Assembly: GCA_963703255.1 (NCBI GenBank)
Contig: OY969809.1
Coordinates: forward strand, 11,332 to 75,331
Source: an uncultured Actinomycetota bacterium
GTDB lineage: Bacteria; Actinomycetota; Thermoleophilia; Gaiellales; Gaiellaceae
Direction: 5' to 3'
DNA length: 64,000 bases
The notes beneath the pieces are model-generated. The model was not told where the DNA came from. It was given only the letters and a program-made list of their open reading frames with translations, and did not search any database. Position numbers and translations under genes: made by a program. Positions 57,970 to 64,000 of this stretch are shown piece by piece (the stretch's first letter is position 1; every line of letters starts with the position of its first letter).

Positions 57970-59754
57970 ATGCCGAAGCTCGTCGACACCTCGATTCGCG
58001 TTCTCTCGCAGGAGCCGCTTGCGGGCGGAATGCCAACGGCAGAGCTCCTGCGCCTGGCCGAGATCCTCGATCGGGCGGGCTACGCCTACCTCGAGGTCTC
58101 CGGCGGCGGCGCCTTCGACACAGCGGTTCGACGCGGGATCGAGAGCCCCTGGGAGCGGATCCGGGCGATCAAGAGCCGCACGGCGACTCCGCTGATGCTC
58201 GCGGTCAGGGGCCGCTTCCTCGTCGGCCCGCGGCCCGTGGGCGACGATCTCGTTCGCCGCTTCATGGCGAGCGCCGCCGAGAGCGGCATCGACGTCTTCC
58301 GCCTCCACGACCCCCTGAACGACGCCGGGAACCTGAAGGTCGCAGCCGAGGCCGTGATCGCGGCCGGCCGCGAGTTCGACGCGGGGCTCCTCTACGGCAG
58401 CAGCCGGCGGGAGGCGCTGATCGAGACGGCACGGCGCCTGCCCGAGATCGGCGCCGCCCGGATCGTCCTGGACGACCCGGCCGGCCTCCTGCAGCCGCAT
58501 CGCGCCGGCGAGCTCGTCGCCGAGCTGCACGAGCTGACGGGGCTCCCGGTCGGGCTCTACTGCCAGGGCGCCGGCCGGAACGGCCTGGCGCTCGCCCTCG
58601 AGGCTGCGCGTGCGGGAGTCGACCTGATCGGCTGCGCCGTCTACCCGGTCGCCCTTGCGACCCACCGGATCTCGGCCGAGTCGCTCGCGCAGGCCCTGGC
58701 TGGGATCGGCCACGACCCGGGTGTCGACATCGACGTGATCTGGAGCGCCGCGGACCTGATCGACGAGCACCTCGGCGACCTGCCGATCAGCCCGCTCCTG
58801 CCGCGCGTCTCGGTGCGTGCCGCTCGCAGGAAGCTGCCTGTGTGGCTCGTCTCGGTCGTCGACGCCCAGCTCCGGGCGAGCGGTCACGCCGACCGGCTGG
58901 ACGAGGTGCTCGACGAGGTCGAGCGCGTCCGCGTCGAGGTCGGCTCGCCGCCGCTCGCAGCTCCGCTCGGGCAGGTCGTCGCCTCGCAGGCGCTCGTGAA
59001 CGTGCTCGGGGCGAACAGGTACCGGACGATCATCGACGAGGTGCGCGACCTCGCCCTCGGCCGCTTCGGCAAGACGCCGGGGCCGATCGACCCGGCGCTC
59101 GAGCGGGCGGTTGCCCTGCACGACGCGGAGCCGGAGCCGGCTCCCGTCGACATGGAGGAGCTCCGCGACCAGGGGCAGGGGCTGGCCGCGAGCGAGGAGG
59201 AGCTGCTTCTCCTGGGGCTCTTCGGCGCGGAGGCCGAGCCGCTGCTGCAGTCGATCCGCCGCCGCTCGGCAGGCGACGAGCCGCTCGATGCCGAGAGCGG
59301 GAAAGATCGCGACGAGCAGATCCGCTCGGTCGTGCGCATCGTGCAGGAGACCGGGATCGGCGAGATCACGGTGGAGGAGGAGGGGGTGCGAGTCAGCGTC
59401 CGGCGCTCGGTCGCCGCCCCTGTCGCCGAGGTGAGCCGCGAAAGCGAGCACGAGCCCGGCTTCGAGCCTGCTTCGGCGACCCCCGCCGCCGGGATCGTCA
59501 CCGTCGAGAGCCCGATGGTCGGCACCTTCTACCGGGCGCCGCGGCCTGATGCGCCGCCCTTCGTCGAGGAAGGCGATCCCGTCTCGCCCGGGCAGGTCTT
59601 GTGCATCCTCGAGGCGATGAAGCTCATGAACGAGGTGAAGGCGGAGATCGAGGCGGTCGTCCGGCGCATCCATGTCTCCGACGCCCAGCCGGTGGAGTAC
59701 GGCCAGCTGCTCTTCGAGCTCGAGCCAGTCAACGGCCGCCCGGTCGGCATCTAG
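57970..59754 (+). CDS. biotin carboxyl carrier protein fused to an N-terminal carboxyltransferase-like (PycB/OadA 5S-type) domain lacking catalytic motifs
   Basis: Intact ORF 57970..59754 (594 aa). The N-terminal ~430 aa are colinear with pyruvate carboxylase subunit B, but the motifs are altered: DTSIRVLSQE, LDDPAG, YCQGAGRNG. The C-terminal ~75 aa form a canonical BCCP with EAMKLMNEV. accC follows immediately. Confidence 0.8.
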   Translation: MPKLVDTSIRVLSQEPLAGGMPTAELLRLAEILDRAGYAYLEVSGGGAFDTAVRRGIESPWERIRAIKSRTATPLMLAVRGRFLVGPRPVGDDLVRRFMASAAESGIDVFRLHDPLNDAGNLKVAAEAVIAAGREFDAGLLYGSSRREALIETARRLPEIGAARIVLDDPAGLLQPHRAGELVAELHELTGLPVGLYCQGAGRNGLALALEAARAGVDLIGCAVYPVALATHRISAESLAQALAGIGHDPGVDIDVIWSAADLIDEHLGDLPISPLLPRVSVRAARRKLPVWLVSVVDAQLRASGHADRLDEVLDEVERVRVEVGSPPLAAPLGQVVASQALVNVLGANRYRTIIDEVRDLALGRFGKTPGPIDPALERAVALHDAEPEPAPVDMEELRDQGQGLAASEEELLLLGLFGAEAEPLLQSIRRRSAGDEPLDAESGKDRDEQIRSVVRIVQETGIGEITVEEEGVRVSVRRSVAAPVAEVSRESEHEPGFEPASATPAAGIVTVESPMVGTFYRAPRPDAPPFVEEGDPVSPGQVLCILEAMKLMNEVKAEIEAVVRRIHVSDAQPVEYGQLLFELEPVNGRPVGI

Positions 59755-59769
59755 GAGGGTCTGGCGAAC

Positions 59770-61113
59770 GTGTTCCGCCGCGTCCTTGTCGCGAATCGTG
59801 GCGAGATCGCCGTCCGCGTGATCCGCGCGCTTCACGAGCTCGGTGCCGAGGCTGTCGCCGTGTACTCGACGGCGGATGCCGGCTCCCTCCACGTGCAGCT
59901 CGCGGACGATGCCGTGTGCATCGGGCCGCCTTCGGCAACGGAGAGCTACCTGCGGATCCCCTCGATCGTCGCCGCCGCGAACACGACCGGGTGCGAGGCC
60001 GTTCATCCCGGCTACGGCTTCCTCTCCGAGAACCCGGCCTTCGTGGATGCGTGCGTCGAGAACGACCTCGTCTTCGTCGGCCCGTCGAGCTCCGTGATGC
60101 GCACGATGGGGGACAAGATCGCCGCCCGTGTGGCGATGCGCGAGGCCAACGTACCGACCGTTCCCGGCACGGACGGCGCGACGACGGTCGTCGAGGCGAA
60201 GAGCGCCGCGGCCGAGATCGGCTACCCGGTGATGCTCAAGGCCTCTGCGGGAGGCGGTGGTCGAGGGATGCGGCTCGTCGACGATCCCGAGGATCTCGAG
60301 GATGCGTTCGAGGCCGCCTCCGCCGAAGCGGCGGCGGCGTTCGGCGACGGCACGCTCTACGTCGAGAAGGTCCTCGTCCCGGCACGACATGTCGAGATTC
60401 AGGTGCTCTGTGACAGCCTGGGCGGCATCCTCACGCTCGGCGAGCGCGAGTGCTCGATCCAGCGCCGCCACCAGAAGCTGATCGAGGAGACGCCGTCCCC
60501 GGCGCTCACGCCCGAGCTGCGCGAGGAGATGGAGGCGGCCGCCGAACGTGCCTGCCGCGCCGTTGGCTACCTGAACGCCGGCACGTTCGAGTTCCTGGTC
60601 GGCCCGGACGGGCGGTTCTCGTTCATCGAGCTGAATGCGCGGCTCCAGGTCGAGCATCCGATCACCGAGCTCTGCACCGGCATCGACCTCGTGCGGGCCC
60701 AGTTCGAGATCGCCGCCGGCGGCCGCGTCCCGGTCGAGGGTCGCGCTCCGCGCCGGGGCCACGCGATCGAGATCAGGGTCAACGCCGAGGACACGGCGCG
60801 GGACTTCATGCCGGCTCCCGGGTTGGTTACGAGCTTCGAGCCTCCGCTCGGCCCGGGTGTCCGGGTGGACACGTTCGTCGAGAGCGGCGTGACGATCTCG
60901 CCGTACTACGACTCGATGATCGCGAAGCTCGTCGTCTGGGACTCCGACCGCCCCTCCGCGATCGCGCGAGCCGAGCGGGCGCTCGCCGAGCTCAAGGTCG
61001 AGGGAGTGCCGACGACGCGTGAGGCAGCGATCGCGATCCTGGGCACCATCGAGTTCACGAGCGGGAACTACTCGACGTCGACCCTTGCCGAGCTCGGAGC
61101 GCTGGTCGCGTGA
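59770..61113 (+). CDS. accC: acetyl-CoA carboxylase biotin carboxylase subunit
   Basis: ORF 59770..61113, intact 447 aa. VANRGEIAVR, ATP-grasp GGGGRGMR, ECSIQRRHQKLIEE. Confidence 0.95.
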   Translation: MFRRVLVANRGEIAVRVIRALHELGAEAVAVYSTADAGSLHVQLADDAVCIGPPSATESYLRIPSIVAAANTTGCEAVHPGYGFLSENPAFVDACVENDLVFVGPSSSVMRTMGDKIAARVAMREANVPTVPGTDGATTVVEAKSAAAEIGYPVMLKASAGGGGRGMRLVDDPEDLEDAFEAASAEAAAAFGDGTLYVEKVLVPARHVEIQVLCDSLGGILTLGERECSIQRRHQKLIEETPSPALTPELREEMEAAAERACRAVGYLNAGTFEFLVGPDGRFSFIELNARLQVEHPITELCTGIDLVRAQFEIAAGGRVPVEGRAPRRGHAIEIRVNAEDTARDFMPAPGLVTSFEPPLGPGVRVDTFVESGVTISPYYDSMIAKLVVWDSDRPSAIARAERALAELKVEGVPTTREAAIAILGTIEFTSGNYSTSTLAELGALVA

Positions 61114-61391
61114 GCCTGGTCGTCACCAACAGCCACGGCACGATCACCGTGCCCGAAGGCGTGCTCGTCGGCCTCGCCGTTCGAGCCGCCGAGCGCGTCG
61201 AAGGCGTGAAGGTGCGTCGAAAGCGCGCGGTCGACATCGAGAACCGGGTCGTGCGGCTCTCGGTCTCGGCCCGCCGCGGCGAGCCGCTCGTGGAGCTTGC
61301 CCAGCGGGCCCAGGACGAGGTCGCCTCGGCGTTCCTGGCCATCTGCGGGATCGAGGCGACAGTGGACATCGCGATCGGGGAGCTCGAGTGA
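61110..61391 (+). CDS. Asp23/Gls24-family envelope stress protein
   Basis: ORF 61110..61391. GTG overlaps the accC stop. Asp23-like pattern, and position between accC and nusB as in Firmicutes yqhY. Confidence 0.75.
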   Translation: MSLVVTNSHGTITVPEGVLVGLAVRAAERVEGVKVRRKRAVDIENRVVRLSVSARRGEPLVELAQRAQDEVASAFLAICGIEATVDIAIGELE

Positions 61392-61771
61392 TCTCGCGCA
61401 GAAGCGCCCGGCGCCAGGCGCTCTTCCTCGTCTACCAGTGGGATCTCTCGGCGAGCGAGATCGGCTCGCAGTACGGCGGCGAGATCGATCCGTGGGCGCT
61501 CGAGCTCGCCGAGCAGACCGTTGCCCGGGCCGCCGAGCTCGACAGCCGCATCACCGCGGCGTCGCAGGGATGGACCGCGGACAGGCTGGGAGTCGTCGAG
61601 CGGAGCGCCCTTCGGGTGGCGATCGAGGAGCTCGACCGCGGCGATGTGCCCTACGAGGTCGCGATCGACGAAGCGGTGGGCTTCACGAAGCGGTATGCAT
61701 CCGATGAAGGGGCGAGACTCGTGAACGGGATTCTCGGCCGGATCCAGCGGGAGGAGGCGGTGACCGAATGA
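61388..61771 (+). CDS. nusB: transcription antitermination factor NusB
   Basis: Tail of ORF 61019..61771 from GTG 61388. RRSARRQALFLVYQ...ERSALRVAIEEL...VAIDEAVGFTKRY...RLVNGILGRI. Confidence 0.85.
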   Translation: MISRRSARRQALFLVYQWDLSASEIGSQYGGEIDPWALELAEQTVARAAELDSRITAASQGWTADRLGVVERSALRVAIEELDRGDVPYEVAIDEAVGFTKRYASDEGARLVNGILGRIQREEAVTE

Positions 61772-61965
61772 CGGCGAGCGAATCGCTCGAACGGGCTGAA
61801 GAGCTGCTTGCGAGGCTCGAGGCGGCCCGGGCGCGGCTCGAGGCGACCGAGGACCCGGAGCAGGCGATCGAGGTGCTCCAGGAGCTGGCGGAGCTTGCGA
61901 AGCAGATCGAGGCGGAGCTGCAACAGGCCCGGCAGGCGGCCGACACGGATGCCGCAGACGCCTGA
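61768..61965 (+). CDS. xseB: probable exodeoxyribonuclease VII small subunit
   Basis: ORF 61768..61965 (65 aa). Helical, acidic, ATGA overlap with nusB. The size and position before the polyprenyl synthase match xseB. Sequence similarity judged by eye is only moderate. Confidence 0.5.
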   Translation: MTASESLERAEELLARLEAARARLEATEDPEQAIEVLQELAELAKQIEAELQQARQAADTDAADA

Positions 61966-62709
61966 GGAGCTCCGCGAGCTCGTCGAGCGGTACCTCGCAG
62001 AGCTGCCGCTGAGCAAGGACCTGGGGACGCTCGCCGAGCCGGTTCGGTACTCGCTCGGCGGCAAGCGCGTGCGACCCGTGCTGTGTCTCGCAGCCGGGGA
62101 GGCGGCGGGGAGCGAGCTCGAGCCGATCCTGCCCGCCGCCGCCGCCGTCGAGCTCGTGCACTCGTTCTCGCTCGTCCACGACGACCTGCCGGCGCTCGAT
62201 GACGACGGGAGCGCCGCGGCCAGCCGAGCGTCTGGGCCGCCTACGGCGAGGCGACGGCGATCCTGGCCGGCGACGCGCTCGTCGCAGAGGCTTTCAGGCT
62301 GGCGCTGGAGTGCGGTACCGACGTCGCTCGCGAGCTCGTCGAAGCGACGCTGGCGATGATCGGGGGCCAGCAGCAGGATCTCGAGGGTGGGCACGACCTC
62401 GCCGAGCTGCATCGCCTGAAGACCGGCGCGCTCTTCTCGGCCTCGATCATGTGCGGCGTGCGGGCGGCCGGTGTGCCCGACGCCGAGCATCCGCCCTGGC
62501 GTGCCTTTGCCGCCGAGCTCGGGCTGCTCTTCCAGGTCGTCGACGACATCCTTGACGGCGACGGCTACGTGACGCAAGTCGGGGCCGACGCCGCGCGCTC
62601 CCTCGCCGACGATGCAGCCGCACGGGCGGAGGCGCGCCTCGCCGAGATCCCTGCGGACACCTCGGTGCTCTCGGAGATCGTCGCCGGGCTCGCTTCGCGC
62701 ACGACGTGA
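61949..62709 (+). pseudogene. polyprenyl (farnesyl/geranylgeranyl) diphosphate synthase, one frame break as sequenced
   Basis: ORF 61808..62359 from ATG 61949 gives ...GKRVRP...LVHDDLPALDDDG. A -1 shift at ~62210 leads into RRGQPSVWAAYGEATAILAGDAL...FQVVDDILD (ORF 62356..62709). Confidence 0.85.
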
Positions 62710-62719
62710 CCGCCGGGCC

Positions 62720-63484
62720 GTGAGCAAGAAACGGCTGGATGTGCTGCTCGTCGAGCGCGGGCTCGCCGAGAGCAGGGCACAGGCGCAAGCGCTCGTGATG
62801 GCCGGACGGGTGCGCGGGCACGCGAAGCCGGGCGAGCAGGTCGACGAGCAGGCGACGCTCGAGGTCGAGCAGCCGCTGCGGTACGTCTCGCGCGCCGGCC
62901 TCAAGCTCGCGCACGCCCTCGACGTCTTCGGCGTCGATCCGTCCGGGCTCGAGTGCCTCGACCTCGGCGCTTCGACGGGGGGCTTCACCGACGTGCTGCT
63001 GCAACGAGGGGCAAAGCGCGTGGTCGCGCTCGACGTCGGGCACGGGCAGCTCCACCAGCGGATCCGCGAGGACCCGAGAGTGATCGTGCTCGAGCGGGTG
63101 AACGCGCGGAACCTGACCGAGCTGCCATTCGCGCCGGAGCTCGTGACCTGCGACGTCTCGTTCATCTCGGTTCGACTCGCGCTCCCTCCGGCGCTCGGTC
63201 TCGCTCGGCCCGGCTGGCAAGCCCTCGTGCTGGTGAAGCCGCAGTTCGAGTCGCGCCGGGCCGAGGCGCCGAAAGGCGTCGTGCGGGACACGGAGGTGCG
63301 CAGGCGAGTCCTGCGCGAGGTCACGGCGGCGACGGTCGGCTGGCAGGCTCGGGTGGCCGGGATCGTAGACTCGGGGCTCCCGGGCCCGAAGGGAAACCAC
63401 GAGTTCGTCATGCACCTCGTTCACGACACACGACCGGAGCTGCCGCGTGAGCTCGAGCACTGGATCGCCGATGCCACCGGTTGA
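62720..63484 (+). CDS. tlyA: TlyA-family rRNA (cytidine-2'-O)-methyltransferase
   Basis: ORF 62612..63484 from GTG 62720. S4 domain (KKRLDVLLVERGLAESRAQAQALVMAGRV) plus FtsJ-type MTase (LDLGASTGGFTDVLLQRGA, DVSFIS). Confidence 0.85.
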   Translation: MSKKRLDVLLVERGLAESRAQAQALVMAGRVRGHAKPGEQVDEQATLEVEQPLRYVSRAGLKLAHALDVFGVDPSGLECLDLGASTGGFTDVLLQRGAKRVVALDVGHGQLHQRIREDPRVIVLERVNARNLTELPFAPELVTCDVSFISVRLALPPALGLARPGWQALVLVKPQFESRRAEAPKGVVRDTEVRRRVLREVTAATVGWQARVAGIVDSGLPGPKGNHEFVMHLVHDTRPELPRELEHWIADATG

Positions 63485-64000
63485 GCGCGCGACCGTCGTC
63501 ACGCGCGTCACGCGCAGCGTCGAGGACGCGATCGGCCGGCTGCGAGCCGTCGCCGAGGCGAGCGGGGTCGAGCTCACGTTCGACGGCGACGCCGAGGGGA
63601 TCGGCACGCCGGATCTCGCCGTCGTGCTGGGCGGCGACGGGACGATCCTGCGGGCGCTCGGTCGCTTCCTCGACAGCGGCGTCCCCGTCATCGGCGTCAA
63701 CTTCGGCCGGGTGGGGTTCCTCACGGCGATCACCTCCGACGAGCTCGAGTCCGGCCTCGCGCGGGTCTTCGCCGGCGACTTCACGGTTCAGTCGCTCCCG
63801 ACGCTCGAGGTCGTGGTCGACGGCGTGTCGCACCTCGCCGTGAACGACGTCGCGGTCGTGAGCGCCACTCCGGGCCGGATCGTCGAGCTCGACTATGCGC
63901 TCGGCGGGGAGGACCTCGGGTCGCAGCCGTGCGACGGGGTGCTGTGCGCGACGCCTCAGGGCTCGACCGCCTACAACCTCTCGAACGGGGGGCCGGTGCT
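63471..64000 (+). CDS. nadK: NAD kinase (3' end outside the window)
   Basis: Open frame from ATG 63471 to the window end. VVLGGDGTILRA, GVNFGRVGFL, ATPQGSTAYNLSNGGP motifs. Confidence 0.85.
   Translation, partial: MPPVERATVVTRVTRSVEDAIGRLRAVAEASGVELTFDGDAEGIGTPDLAVVLGGDGTILRALGRFLDSGVPVIGVNFGRVGFLTAITSDELESGLARVFAGDFTVQSLPTLEVVVDGVSHLAVNDVAVVSATPGRIVELDYALGGEDLGSQPCDGVLCATPQGSTAYNLSNGGPV

Overview
High-GC (about 70%) Actinobacteria-type chromosomal window with about 65 protein genes and one tRNA. I found no CRISPR array, transposase, integrase, phage genes or recognisable defence system.

Layout:
- 0-12 kb: miscellaneous redox and repair genes (msrA, an LLM oxidoreductase with two coupled miniproteins, an aldo/keto reductase, ogt), a GH130 plus long GT4 operon, a CarD-like regulator and a DEAD-box helicase.
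- 12.4-23.2 kb: a glycan biosynthesis cluster (membrane PMT/ArnT-like glycosyltransferase, Wzx flippase, GT4/GT2 glycosyltransferases, a deacetylase-like protein, a methyltransferase). Several members are visibly decayed.
- 23.3-41 kb: a degenerate GGDEF-like ORF, secreted proteins, an NhaA-DsbA fusion, an orphan solute-binding protein, a Kelch-repeat protein, a hydrolase, tRNA-Gln next to a low-GC terminator-rich islet, an HD protein, DUF4389, an M48 peptidase, an ABC exporter pair, ftcD and an MFS transporter.
- 41-64 kb: a conserved housekeeping super-operon: MBL hydrolase, hisS, aspS, mnmA, DUF948, alaS, ruvX, mltG, aroE, aroC, aroK, aroB, aroQ, M24 peptidase, efp, accB-like, accC, asp23, nusB, xseB, polyprenyl synthase, tlyA, nadK.

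Most notable observations:
1. A 246-bp cloverleaf of near-perfect nested inverted repeats at 23920-24165. It could be a structured RNA or a MITE-like element.
2. Roughly 35 single-nucleotide frame disruptions, mostly +1, packed into essential genes between 46.9 and 57.9 kb. These are most likely indel errors but need checking.
3. A BCCP fused to a carboxyltransferase-like domain that has lost its catalytic motifs, sitting in the accB position.
4. A 6S-RNA-like long-range helix followed by a U tract at 46137-46317.
5. A methyltransferase with two in-frame stop codons and a shattered GT4 gene inside the glycan cluster.

Function calls rest on by-eye motif and family recognition. No database search was run.
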